Below, in pieces: positions 21,601 to 35,093 of a DNA stretch of 64,000 nucleotides (position 1 is the stretch's first letter; the number at the start of each line of letters is the position of its first letter). The notes under the pieces were generated by a model, which was not told the origin of the DNA, searched no databases, and saw nothing but the letters and a program-made list of their open reading frames with translations. The position numbers and the translations under genes were made by a program. The stretch spans positions 38,192,001 through 38,256,000 of the forward strand of contig NC_135816.1 in the NCBI RefSeq assembly GCF_964213995.1, in the 5' to 3' direction. This DNA is from Mustelus asterias (taxonomy: Eukaryota).

Positions 21601-23819
21601 ATCAGTATGAATTTGATTCTACCTGTGGTGCCTTTATCCATGAGGCCATTCAAATAACCTACTTAATAATGTGCTTAATGCATTCAGACCTGAAAGCTGT
21701 AATAATAAAATCTCCAATAACAAACATATACACTTGTATTCATTCAGCATCTTTCATGACCTCAAGATCTGCCAAAGCCAATTCACAGCCAATGAAGTAA
21801 TTCAGAGGCAGATGAGTTCTTAATCTAACACTTAAAGTAAAAGAAAAACCTCTGACCGTGTAGTACAGTCTCAATATTACACTAACAGGTTGGCCTAGAT
21901 TTTACACTGAAGTACATAGTGAGGCTGGAACCCACAACCTACTGATTCAGATACAAGAATGTTGTCAACTGAACCAAGACGACACACAATATATTTTCTC
22001 ACCTCAAAGACACTGATTCTTGCTATGACATAGTTTGCTAGGCACCATCAGCACTTCAAAGCAGTCTTTGTATGTTCACCTTGATGATGAGCAGTGATGA
22101 GCCATTCAACTTTGCAGGGCATTACATTGGGACATGTTCTAACACTCAGGGCTGCCAACTCTTATGATTTTATCAGGAGACACACAATTTCTTACTTAAA
22201 GTAAACTCCTCTTGGAGGGTTCTAAAGTCTTGGGATTTTTCACAGGCTACTATGTACTTAGAGAACTAATTTTCTACTTGCACAAATATGAATAATTGTT
22301 TTCAGGTAGGATATTTCTAGAAAATGTTTATTTAACTTCTGGAGTCTTTAAATTGAAAAGTATTTTCCAACATTTTCCTTTTGCTTGCTGCTTGGGGTAT
22401 CAGATTGCGACTGGGTTGCAACTCTGTCTGCTGATCTGTTGCAGAGACCCAAAGGTGCTGCTGTTTTTTTAAATGTGTTTAGCCTCCGACTGTTTCCTAG
22501 AAAACATCACTCATCTCATTTAAAGAGGCAAGTATCCCGCTTTTGGTAAAGGCACAGCATATAGTAATCATATTAACAATTGCAGCTTGACAATGACCAA
22601 ATAGTTTATAAATTTTGCTACACTTTTGCATAATACATGCATAATATGAAAGCTCCTATTACATTCATGTTAGGTAAAGAAATAGAATATTTTATGGTAT
22701 GGATTGATTTATAATCGATTTTTAAAGGTGAAATTCACTTAATTTGACTCCATTTCTATAATTTAAAATAAAATATTGAATATGATTTTCCTACCAAAAT
22801 ATTTTTCTGAATGCAAGGAAAATAATTATTTTAGCATCCAGAGGGTTAAGTGCTAAAGCATGGTCATATCTATGTTATTTCTATCTACTTGTATGGCTTT
22901 CTGTCACTAAGATGGCCCACATTGCTAGGGCTGAGCACCATTGATGACATTTTATCTCAGTGACTCATTATCTGGAAACTCAGTAGCACTGAAGGCCTAG
23001 TATAATTATAAGTGCTTTTATATTTAATGCTCTTGCAGTTATCAAGATACTTGGCCTTTCGCTTCCAGTGTTTACATTGTAAAATCTCCGACTATATCCC
23101 AGTAGTAGAATCACAAGTCCATGAAATTTTGTGTCTACAAATCAGCTGAGAGGGTAAGTGAGACAGTTTTAGAAATGTTAATCTAGGGAACCAGTACACA
23201 GAATTCACACTTCCAATGATCAAAACGGCAGAACTAACAAATTTAAAGGCATGAAACTTGATTTCCTTCCTAATGAGAATGTTAATCAGCCTTAATTTGT
23301 AATGGAAGCAGGAATTAATTGGAGTGAGGACTGTTGGAGATCAAGGATCTTTGAGCACCAGACTCTGGGTCTGCTTTTATAACCATTGGCAAACTGCGAG
23401 ACTGGGTGTAGTTTCATATGACCTGTCAGAGATTAAATAAACCACTCATGAGATTTACAAATAATTGTCAAACTATATTGGTTTATGTTTGAGAAAACAG
23501 TGGTCATGGTTTTTATACTAAATACTTGATTTTTAGGAGATTTTCTCCTGATTTATGAGATGATGTGGTTAACATTACATGACGACTTGATACCTATACG
23601 TAAAGATTTTTCAGAACAAGTCACTCGATGATGATAGGGAGAGGAAACTGTGATCAAGAGTAACATGAGCAATTGCACATTAACATAAGCTGTTGCACAT
23701 TTTCATATCAATGGTACAGTTATTTTGTTTAGCAGATGTTTGGAAAGATTTCAACGTGAAGTTGTGGGATAAATATGTTGGAATTTGGAAGGTGACGGGA
23801 TGTTCAGGGACTTTGGAAC

Positions 23820-24500
23820 ATTGAAACATAGGAGCAGGCCATTAGGCCTTTCAAGCCTGCTCTACCATTCAATAAGATCATGGGGCTGAACTGGTTGTGG
23901 TCTCAGCTCCACTTTGATGTTTTCCCCACATAATCCTTGACTCCAATGTCTATCAAAAACCTATCTAATTCTGCCGTGAAAATATTCAATGACCCAGCTT
24001 CCAGGGGAAGAGAACTCCACATATTAATTATCCTCAGAGATTAAAATTATTTTACTCTCTGCGTCAACAGGGAGACCTTTTATGTTTAAACTGTGTCCTC
24101 CTAGTTCTAGTTTCCCCCACAAGATGAAACATCGTCCCAGTATCCACCCTATCAAATTCCCTCAGGATCTTCTGTTTCAATAAGCTCACTTCTTATTCTT
24201 TTAAATTCTAATGCCTATAGGCCCAACCTGTTCAGCCTTTCTTCATAGGATAAGCCCTTCACTCCAGGAATGAGTCAAGTGAACTTTATCTGTACTGCTT
24301 CTATTGAAATTATGTATTTTTCCAAATAAAAGAGACTAAAACCGTACACAACACTTCAAATGTAGTCTCACTAAGACCTTATACAGCTCCTTTAAAACTT
24401 CTCTACTTTTATATTCCATTCTACTTGCAATAAACACCAAAATTCCATTTGCCTTAATAAGTTGCTGTTCCTGCATGCTAATTTTTGTGATAAAATGTTT
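23820..24500 (-). mobile_element. Degenerate CR1 3' end
   Basis: KANGILVFIASRMEYKSREV..LYKVLVRLHL (ORF 24336..24527) plus CR1 tail. Confidence 0.8.
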
Positions 24501-25104
24501 CCGCCCAGTTTTGAATGTTATATCCACTGGACTACAGAAACCTGCATTATATTAATTGAATATAAATTCCACCAGCTGTGTGGTGGAATTTTGAACCTTT
24601 GTCCCCAGCATGTTAGCCTGGAGACAATATCATGGTGCGATTTGAACTTACATTTGCAGAATATTAGCCTGGGCTTCAGGATAACTAGTCCAGTAACATT
24701 ACCACTACACCACCACCATAATGTGGAATTGGAGATGGTGTGGTCGTTTGCAAATATGGAAGGACCAAGGTTCGTGTTTTTTTTTAATGTGAAGTGTGAT
24801 GACAACAATTTTGAAAGATGAGGGAGACAGTATTTGATGAGAGGGTAACCACAAATATCAGCAGGAGAGTTTATATGATGATCATTGGCCTTCTGACACC
24901 AGTTGGTTATGTTGTATTATTTCCTGCTATTGAATAACATACTAAAGGTATTCCTACATTGTATACCATAAAAAAACTACTTATGTTAGTAGTAAACTAC
25001 TGATTTATATATTGGGATTGGAAGGAAAAGAAAAACTTCTATTTATATATGCTTTTCACAACCTGAAGACATCCCAAAGCACTTTACAGCCAATTAAATA
25101 TTTT

Positions 25105-25388
25105 GGGTGGCACAGTGGTTAGCACTACTGCCTCACAGCACCAGGGACCCAGGTTCAGTTCCTGGCTTGGGTCACTGTCTGTGCGGAATCTGCACATGTC
25201 TGCGTGGGTTTCCTCCAGGTGCTCCGGTTTCCTCCTCCAAGATGTGCATTGGTTAGATGCATTGGCCATGCTAAATTCTTCCTCGGTATACCCGAACAGG
25301 TGCCGGAGTGTGGTGACTAGGGGATTTTAACAGTAACTTGACTGCAGTAGTAATGTAAGTCTACGTGTAACAATAATAAACAAACTTT
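25105..25388 (+). mobile_element. HE1-like SINE
   Basis: GGTGGCACAGTGGTTAGCACT A-box head and HE1 body. Confidence 0.85.
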
Positions 25389-26644
25389 TGTCATTAACAT
25401 GTACAAATGAATTTTTAAGCAAGCTTTGAGAGTTCAGCTATTTCAGTTAGCCACTTCATCTCAAGTATCATGTTAATGAGAATATTTCAGACTGGGATTG
25501 GTACTGGAATGCCTTACTGTCGTAGACAGTGAAATGTTACTCCATTTCAACTTTCTCAGCAAGCTAGCCTAAAAGCAGTTTGTCCTAAAAATGCTAGTGG
25601 TTTTGAATGTTTTAAATCAAAAATGCAAGCACAAACTTGCAATTGTTTAAATGTAGGTGAGATCCTGTAGAAGTCACTGATATAAATGGGGTAGTTTCAG
25701 TAGCTGGATCACATCACCTCTTATCAAACTTGTCCAATTAAAATAAATCCAATAATGTCAGACTGACCTCAGAACTTCCTCTTAGGTCCAAGGTTCATTC
25801 TTGTTGTTTATCTCTAAACCTGTTTCAGTGCCTACTGATATAATTCTCATCTTTGTGTCACAGCAACTCATGGATGTATTAGACCGGAATAATTTTCACG
25901 CTTTAATGATAAATGTGAAATTGATTTCTTGAACTGTAAATGAATTTTTTAAAAAGTTAAAATTAATCAAAACAAAGAATTAAAATGTTGTACTTTATGA
26001 CACATTCATGAAAATGTGATGCTGGCAAATGTGGGAGAAAGTGGCATCATTTAGTAAACTAGTGACAGAGATTTTTAATCAACTTAGCATATTGCATTTC
26101 CTGTATAACTTGTGAAATCAACCATTAAGTTGGAGGCAGAAAAGAAAATGATAGCAATGGCACTTAATTGTGAAAAAGCCAAAACTATGTGAAATTGCCA
26201 CTTGAGTAACAAAAAAATCTGTGAAATTCAGTGTCAAACCCCTGACACAGTATAATGTTTGGCATGTAATTCTTCAGGAGGGCATTTGGTGTTATCACTC
26301 TAGCTGTCATCATGATAATAATACCTGTACAATCCTAATTTCCCAAGGACCTAATCACATCAAAAATTGTATTAATAATCTAGAATGCAAACCTTCATTT
26401 ACTGACACTAGTAACCAATAACAAATGATTCAAAAGTGATTTATAAGAAGAATCTAAAAACTAAAAAAAAAATCACATTTTTTTACTAATCTTCAAATTA
26501 TCACATCTCTTCATTTAATAAGATGCTAGAGATGTTTGCTAATTTGCTACAGGGAATATTCAAATACTAAAAAAATTACCTGAATTTGAAAAAAAAAATC
26601 ATAATTGTTGAAATTGTTACTTCTGAGTATTTTCCCTTAATCAT

Positions 26645-26840
26645 TAAAGGTAAAGTTGCTATAATCCCAGATGACCATAGACTGGTGGTGATATAACCTG
26701 AGGATCACCACACCTCAGGTAAAAGGCAAGAGTGAGAAGGCAGGGGTTCATGAAAACTTTAGCTGGTACAGGAATTGAACCTACACTGTTGGCATTGCTC
26801 TGCCTCACAAACTAGCTGCCCAACATCTAAGCTAAACCAA
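26645..26840 (-). mobile_element. tRNA-derived SINE, second family (related fragment ~29180-29340)
   Basis: Minus-strand B-box-like GGTTCAATTCC; similar sequence at 29300. Confidence 0.5.
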
Positions 26841-27304
26841 CCCTGACAAAGGGTCATCTGGACTCAAAATGTTGGCTCTACCCTCTCTCCACAGATGCTG
26901 TCAGACCTGCTGAGATTTTCCAGCATTTTTCTGTTTTTGTTTTAAACCAACCCCATATTTGCGACCTGGCATCTGTTTGTTGCTAATAAACCTGAGACTA
27001 TAAAGTGACATGCAAATTGAATTAAACCCTTACAAAATTCTGAGCTACATAATCACGTAGACCTGTAATAATTATATGATCTGATGAAGCTATGTTCATA
27101 CTGGAGCTAACCTTTTTTGACTGCAACCTTCAAAATGTGCACTGTTTATTATTATACAACATCTGTAAAACTGATTATTTGTAAATGCCTAGCACTTATT
27201 GAGCAGTGATGGAGAACGCACATAAATTCTTACCTTTTATAGAATTCTAAAAGATGAAGTTGTTGAACTGCAATTTGGAGATCTAGCTTAAATCAGAATG
27301 AACC

Positions 27305-28200
27305 AGGAACATAGGAATACAACTGGGCCATTCAACTTCTTGTGCCTATTCCACCATTCAATGACATAAATAATAAATATCCTAACTCCATTCAGTATCA
27401 TGACTCTGAATCCCTTAATACCCTTGACTCGCAAAAATTTACTGGTCTTAGATTTTAAGTTATTAATTGAACTAGCATCTATCTACTGCTTATAGTGGGG
27501 GACAGTGCCACAATTCTCCCACAGTTTGTGTGAAAAGTATTGCTCTCCTGAATGACCTGGCTCTGATTTTATGGTCATGTATCCTTATCCTCAACTCCCT
27601 AAGTAAAGCAAAGCTTTCTCTCCTTGTTATTCTCGCCTTCTAGTTATAAAGGCTAACATTTTACTAGCTTTTTTGGTTACCTTTGTACCTAACTGCTACA
27701 TTTTAGTGATCTATGTGCATGGACTCCTAAATCTCTTTGGACCTCCACTATGAATAACTTTTTACTGTTTGAAAAATACTTAATCCTTTATTTTGTCCAA
27801 AATGAATGACCTCATAATTAGCTGCATTGAAATCCATCTGCCAAAGTTTCGGCACTACTGGTCACCATCTTCCAATTTGTGCATACACATTTTATCTCAA
27901 TTCTGTATTGCCTACCATCTAACCAATATCCTAACCCAGTCAGTCAATGTTTTGCCTTTGATTCCATTACCTTTATTTCTAGCTAACAGTCTTTTACAAG
28001 GAGCCTTATCAGATGCCTTCTAGAAGTCCATATAAACTACATCTATAGACACTCCCCTGCCTTACTTGCCTTCTCAAAAAAATTATAGTTTCATGAAACA
28101 TGACCAACCCTTTACAAATCCATGTTGGCTTTCTCTAAATCAGTCTTGAGTATGCAGCCATTCAGTCATTATAGATTCTGTTAACTACTAATGTTATTCA
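27305..28200 (-). mobile_element. Highly degenerate CR1
   Basis: CR1 tail (ggaacatagga..ccattcaa) and internal RT remnants. Confidence 0.6.
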
Positions 28201-28295
28201 TCCATATTTCTGATATATATTTATTTATCCAATAGTCATCTTAACTTAATCTTAACTCTTTAAAGAGAGAAATTTCACATATATGGTGGATAATC

Positions 28296-28612
28296 ATAGA
28301 ATAGAATCTTGGATCCCTACAGTGTAGGAGGCCGCCACTTGGCCATCGAGTCTGCACCGACTCTCCGACAGAGCATCTTACCCAAGCCTTATCACCATAA
28401 CCCCACATATTTACCCCACTAATTTGGACACTAAGGGGCAATTTACCATGGCTAGTCCACCCAGCATGCACATCTTTGGACTGTGGGAGGAAACTGGTGC
28501 ATCTGGAGGAATCCGGAGCACCCGGAGGAAATCCACACAGTCACCCAAAGTTAGAATTGAACTGGATCCCTGGCACTGTTAACAGCAGTGCTAACCACTG
28601 TGCCACCGTGCC
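28296..28612 (-). mobile_element. HE1-like SINE
   Basis: Same family as 59495-59831, with (TCTA)n-like tail. Confidence 0.85.
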
Positions 28613-31600
28613 TCTGATTCAGTATTATACTTATTCAGTAATATCCAAAAGGAGAATTAGATTAAATCATTGAAAGAGACTAACATGGAACATTGTGGGG
28701 AAGGGGTAGGAGAGTGGGACTAACTGGATTTCTCTTCAAAAGAACTAGCACATCTTGATGGGCCGAATGCTTCATACTATCCGGCACAATTCTATGATTC
28801 TAGTATATATTTTCCTGCAATGGTGAAATGGGTAATCTGGACTCTAAATTTCATCATCTCTCGTGGCAAATTTGCCTTGATAGCTTACTCCATATTTTCC
28901 TGCCTTTCTACTTCAAAAGATTTGTGAGCTAGTTGAAGGCTTCTAAATTGCAATCATTTTCAGATGTTAGTGGACGCACTAATCTCAAAGTACACATTGT
29001 GTTTTGCAAAAGAAATACTTAAAACTCAATATAAGGTCTGTAAGAAGTAATTGTTTAATAATTAATTTCTCAAACATCCCTGTGTTTAAATCTTGAGCAG
29101 TGATATCTAATAGTCATCTTAATTGTTTAAATAGCCAAATTTCACAAGTACTCCTTCAACAAAATTATCATTTTCTCAATGGACCATAGGCATCTCTCTC
29201 TACTAGAGTGAGACAGTTTCACTCCTTGTAGCTTGAGGGGCACCACTCCACAAGCATGGAGCAAAGTGAGGAGACAGGGCCTCCAAAAATTACCCCACAC
29301 AGTATGGGAATTGAACCTGTGCCATTGGCGTCATTCTGCACCATTTAGTTACTACATTACAACAGTTAGTACATTTCAAAAGTATTTAATTGGTTGTAAA
29401 GCATGTTAGGACATCCAGAGGTCAGGAAAGGTGCTTTCTTGTTCTACTGAGGCAATAGCCCATTGATGTAGAATCAAATGTATTTATCGCCATGAACTCC
29501 AAAATAATCACGTATTTGGATAAGAAATCTGTGAAAATTAGCCATATTGACACTTGTAAGAGATGAGAGATTATTAATATAGATTAGATTATACTTTACT
29601 GCATATCTCATTTATATGAGCTAAACATTTAATGAATGTGGAAATGGTTTGCATGGATTTCCATTGTTCATACACTTCCTGAAAAGCTCACCAGTGCCAT
29701 TTGTTCAATGGTCAAAGTGGCCGCAATGGTGATAGCCATGAAACAACATATAAAAAGGGAGAGTCAACATTGAGATAGTGGCAATCAAAGTGGGATTCTT
29801 GAATGGGAAACATACAATCATTGTAAGTGTGGATGAATCTGTGGGGATTGGAAGAGGAGAGAACATGAGGTTTCTAAAGTCTGTTTTGATAACGAGCTAA
29901 TTTAAATCCTTAAATATTCTGTTGTAACTTCTTTGCTGGGATCCTTTGTATACTATTCATTCATATCATCATAATCAATGTTTAATTGAGCAACAATTTC
30001 ATTAAATATAATCAAATGTAACTCTTAAGAGTAACCAGTCCTAATGCATATTTAAACATACCATTTACTCCAAGCTTTTCAGCTGGTCCTGATCACACGT
30101 GAAAAAAATATTAATGCTAATTTTACAGGAGTTTCAGCAAGCAAGCATAACTGTTGGGTTTAACACCGTGTGTTGATCAATGCCCACTTGTTATTGTTAT
30201 TTAAAGGAAGAGTTTTTACAAATCAAAGGAAACATGCTCTTTGTTTCAGTTCAAAAGGAGCAGCTAAAGTTAAACTCAGTTAAAAATTGTGTCAGTGGAA
30301 TAATGTGTGACCAATTGATTGGGATACATATGAAAAGATGTCATGTCACTTGGGTAAAAGGGAATGTGCCATTTGTTGTTTTCTGTGATTGATAATCCTT
30401 ATTTGTGTTAACAAGCAGTGGGTATGAAAAACTCGGTGACACAGAACTACTTCTTTAAATGTTTAGATCACTCTTTAATAGCAGATAGAAGAATGTGTAT
30501 TAGATCTACAGAGCAAAATTAAAGATTTTCAACTTCCAGATCTGTTATAAAGTAACTTAATTATAACTGTTAGTTCCCCAGAAACCAATAAGGGAAAGTC
30601 AGTAAAAACAGAAAGTGCTGGAAATATTCAGTGGGTCTGGAGAGAGAAACAAAGTTAAAGTTTGAGTCGAATATGACTCTTCAAGCCCCTTTTATTTTCC
30701 ACAGGGTCCATATTAGCGCACTCATTTTCTAACAAGAAGGTTTCACACAACTAGGAGTAATGCTGAAGTAAATCTGATGATTTGGAAGACCTAGTTAGAA
30801 ATAGGAAGTGAAAAGGAAAAATTGTTTTTTAAGCACTATCCCATCTCCCTTACATTGACAGTGGGGAGTCCAAAGAAATACTGGTTTGTAAGAAAGTAGA
30901 TATGGTGTGGTCATTGTAACAGGGTGAGAGATAATGAATTAACTGATTCATTTGTCGTTGTCCTATTGCTCCTGAGCTTAATTGATTAATATTTGTTGTT
31001 GGACAATCTTTTCAAAGCTAAATTACACATAAAGTGAAATTATTTAAGTAACGAACTAGAGCTGTCTGCTACAACAACACGATAGCAAAATACTGCAGAT
31101 GCTGGAAATCTGAAATCAAAAAGAAAATGCTGGAGGTCAGGCAGCATTTTTAAAGAGAATTGATCTTTTGAGTTGATGATGAGCCATCAGCACAACTGGG
31201 GAAAGATAGAAATGAAATAAGCTTTGAGCAAGTGGAGGGCAGGTTGCGGATGCAGAGAATAAACAGGAAGGTCTGTGAGAAGGTGGAGAACAGAAGAGAT
31301 TAACTGACAGAAGATTTTGTGGCAATGGGTAAAATAAAGAAACAAATGACGTGTTCAATTTGGATGTGTCCACATTGGGTGTAAATGGCTGGATGGCAGC
31401 TGCTTAAAGGCAAAATGAATGAGTAAAGAAATAAATGAAACCATGGAAATACATGTTGTAATCTAACATTTAATTTAATGTTGGATCCACAAGGTTATAG
31501 AGTGGAAGTCAAAATACAAGGTGCTATTCCAGAGCTTGCATCAAGCTTTGTTGGAACCCTGTAACAAGCCGAGACAAAAATGTCAGAGTAGGAGCAAGAT

Positions 31601-31734
31601 GGAGAATTGAAATGACAAGCGACAGGAAGCTCAAGGTTCTTCTTGCGGGAGTTGTTCTGCAAAGCGGTCACCCAGACAGCATTTGGTCTCCCCAGTGTAG
31701 AGGAGACCACATGTCTATTATTATCCCTCATTTA

Positions 31735-33180
31735 GGAAAGGGAGTGCATGGCAAGGGATTTCAGGGAGGCTATGATTGTGATCATATTCATGAAAAGTGA
31801 CTCCAAAAAGGAGTCACCCTGCTGTCTGCCAGAGGGAAGATCATTGCAAGATCCTCCTCAGTTGTCTGCTTCCATTGGACAAAGAGCTCCTTCCAGAGTT
31901 GCAGTGCAGTTTCCATCCATGATCTGCACTTCGCGGCAAATCCAAGAAAAATACAAGGACCAACATCTACAAGCCCTTTTTTGACCTCACAAAAGCCTTT
32001 GAGACTCTGTCAACTGCAAGGGCTGATAGAATGTCCTCCTCAAATTTGGCTGCCATCATAAATTGTCACAATCTATGTTATAATGACATGAAAGCCATGA
32101 ACATCACAAATGGAACCACCAGAGACCCTATCTCAGTGCAGACTGGAATCAAACAAGTCTGTATCATCGCACCAACCTCTTCTCCATCTTTCTCACTGGA
32201 ATGACACAACTCAGCTCTAGCAAATTACCCATAGGCATGGATATAATTTACAGAACAGACTGGAAAACTTTCAATCTATGCTACCTTCAATCCAAAACCC
32301 AATTCAATCCAACTTCAGTCATTGAGCTTCAGTATACAAATGATACTTGGTGTGCACTCACTTAGAAACTGACCTCCAGGTCGTTGTCGACTCCTCTGAA
32401 ACAAATGAAAAAATGGGCCTTTGACTAAGCACCTGGAAAACTAAAGTCCTCCTCCAACCAGCTCCTACACCACAATACCTTCCTCCATCAATTAAAATCA
32501 ATAGCAAGATCCTGGAAAACGTGGACCATTTTCCAAAACTTGGGAACCTCCTGTGTACCAGCTCAGCCTTTGGCTGATGGGCAAGAAGATATTTTGAGAT
32601 CAGGATTTTAAGTCCGGCAGTAGCCACACTCCTATATGCTTTGGAGATTTGGACAACCTACAGCAGGCACCCCAAAGCACCGAAGATGTATCATTAGCCT
32701 TCACAAGGTCCTCCAATTTCTGTGGCAAGAAAGACGATCCAACAGCAGCATCCTCTCCCAAGGCAATATGCCCAACATCGAGGCGCAAATCACTCAAAAC
32801 CAGCTCTGCTGGGGAGGACATCACAGCTGCATGCCTGACACCTGGCTCCAAAAGCAGCTGCTCTACGTGGACCTTGGTCATAGCAGCACACTCCCAGGAA
32901 TGATTATGGACTGGTTTACTCGCCAATTCATGGAATTCCCTGGCTTGTGACTGACCAAAATGGAAAAGATTCATTTGAACCAGCACCAAACACATTGAGA
33001 GGCATCATCAGGAACACAGAGGTGACATCATGGTATCAGAGTGCACAACCCTCTCAGCAACTCATCTACCCAACCCTTCAAGCACCATTTGACTGGCAGA
33101 TCGCGCATTGAACTTATCTCAGAACTCATTGAACCAGAATGGAAGCAAGTCGTCCTCGATCCCAAGGATCTTCCCATGAT
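31735..33180 (+). mobile_element. Degenerate RTE-clade LINE
   Basis: FREAMIVIIFMK, DLTKAF, TGIKQ.C.IAPTLFSIF remnants; C-terminal NRSNSSILSQGNMPNIEA. Confidence 0.75.
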
Positions 33181-34084
33181 ACTAAATTGAAAGAAGTGCA
33201 AATAAACTGCTGTTTCTCTTGGAAGGGGTGTTTGAGGCCTTTGGAGCTGACATACTTCCTTTCGAATTTCTAATAGATTTCTAGTTTCCATTAGAATTTG
33301 AGCAAACTTATTCAATGTTTTAACTAATGGCTGACGTAGCCTGATTGTATTATTTAAAGTAGATTTAGTTTTTTGTCGACTGGCCAGTTTTCTGTGCAGT
33401 CCCATTGGATTTATTGAGATTACATTTATTTATATATTAAATACCTTGATGATCCACTGCTCCCAAGGATGAGTCCACACATTCAGGATGAATGCATTTT
33501 TAAATTAATTTTTGGTTGGCTCCATTAATTAGTAGAACAAATTGCTGGCTGATACATTGCCCCAGTAGCCTGCTTCCATCTTGGCCCACAGCCCCCCCAG
33601 GAACAATAATACTCATTGACAGGTTGCTTTGAAATTCCACTTGCGTCTAGGCCTGCTTTCTGCCAAGACCAATTCAATAAATTGAGGTTGCGTTTATTAA
33701 TATCATTAATTAATAGCTGGTCCAGTGCCCCTAAAACCTATCTGTTGACTCCATATCTGAAAACTTAAAAGCTCTAATCAATTGTATAATTCAGAAATTA
33801 CAAATTATTAATGCAATACCTTGTTGTATATGTAACTGGGAAACAATTTTAGGGGCCCCGATTATCCTGGGAGAACTAAAAAATTAGTATAATTTTAAAT
33901 ATGAACAGGTTGGTACTTAGCAAGCTTTACAAATATGAGGCAGGTGTGTGAAAAAGTGACATCAGGATGGAGACATGACAAATGATTTGAATCAGGAAAT
34001 GTGTGAGACTACAGTAAGTAAATGCAGATGCACTGTTGTTTTATATTTTACATTCTAAATTAATAGTGATAACTATTACTGCAT

Positions 34085-35010
34085 TTCATAATTTATCAGG
34101 ACAATCACAAGAATACCAATGCCAGGGGAAACAAAAACTTTGTTTTGTATGAGAAGGGAGTGCTAGTTAGTTGGCAAGTGAACTCTGGTCAAGGCGTTGC
34201 CATGGAGAATGCACCAGTTAATGATGACTGACACTTAACTGCCAAACATTGTTTGAAAATCTAAACCAGGCAGCTTGGCTCTGATTAGTCAGGCATTGCC
34301 CTGAGAAATGAACCAGCGAATGGCTATTACTTATTTTGTTTAGCTGAAATAGGCACAAAGTGTGTATATGTTATTTCTGTCTGCAAAGAACAAGGCCCAG
34401 TGTATTATATATGTAGCTTCCAGTACGTACAAATGTACCACACTGCAAGCCCGACTCTCAATCTTCAATTGGTTGCCGGCATAATTTTCAGCACACTGAG
34501 GATTATTTAGCAAATGTTGCCCAATTGCAAAATCGCATCTAATGTCGGGAACTGTGTTTTGAGTTTTGCAAGCACTGGTTTATTGAGTGTGGTCTATACC
34601 TTTCCCACTGCAAACAGCGGAAAGGGCATGCTGTTTGATACGGTCCACCAGTCTTTGGGATGTATGGCCTACATACTTAGCATCACACCAACACTGAAAT
34701 TCATACACCACATTACTCATTTGGGTGATAGGCAGAACATCTTTTTGGCTTGATAGCAACATTCTACTAGTAATGAATACCACTCATTTTGCTACTGCAT
34801 AGTGGCAGTTTGAAGCATCCAGCTTCATGTGTTGCTCAATTTTTTTGAGATACCTGACCCTCCCAGGGTAATCTGAAGTAGACTGGGCACTTTTCGGGGC
34901 TGAAACTGACAGCCTTAGGCCTGTTCATGTGTTTGCGTGATATACAGCACGAAATGATCTGATCAGAGCAGCCAGTAAATTTTCTTTCTGTAGTCATATC
35001 TCCTGACACC
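34085..35010 (-). mobile_element. Penelope-like element fragment (GIY-YIG endonuclease), family B
   Basis: ORF 34580..34783 SNVVYEFQCWCDAKYVGHTSQRLVDRIKQH. Confidence 0.8.
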
Positions 35011-35093
35011 TCTTGTTGCATCCAATAACACTAGCTAAAGAGAGCATTTTGAAATTGTACTTCAGGTACTTATGCAGCCCTGGGAGAATCCCA

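Noticed and set aside
23039-23153. Exon-like segment with good acceptor (ctcttgcag) and donor (AGG|gtaagt)
   Set aside because: Stop codons in all three frames and no partner exon identified
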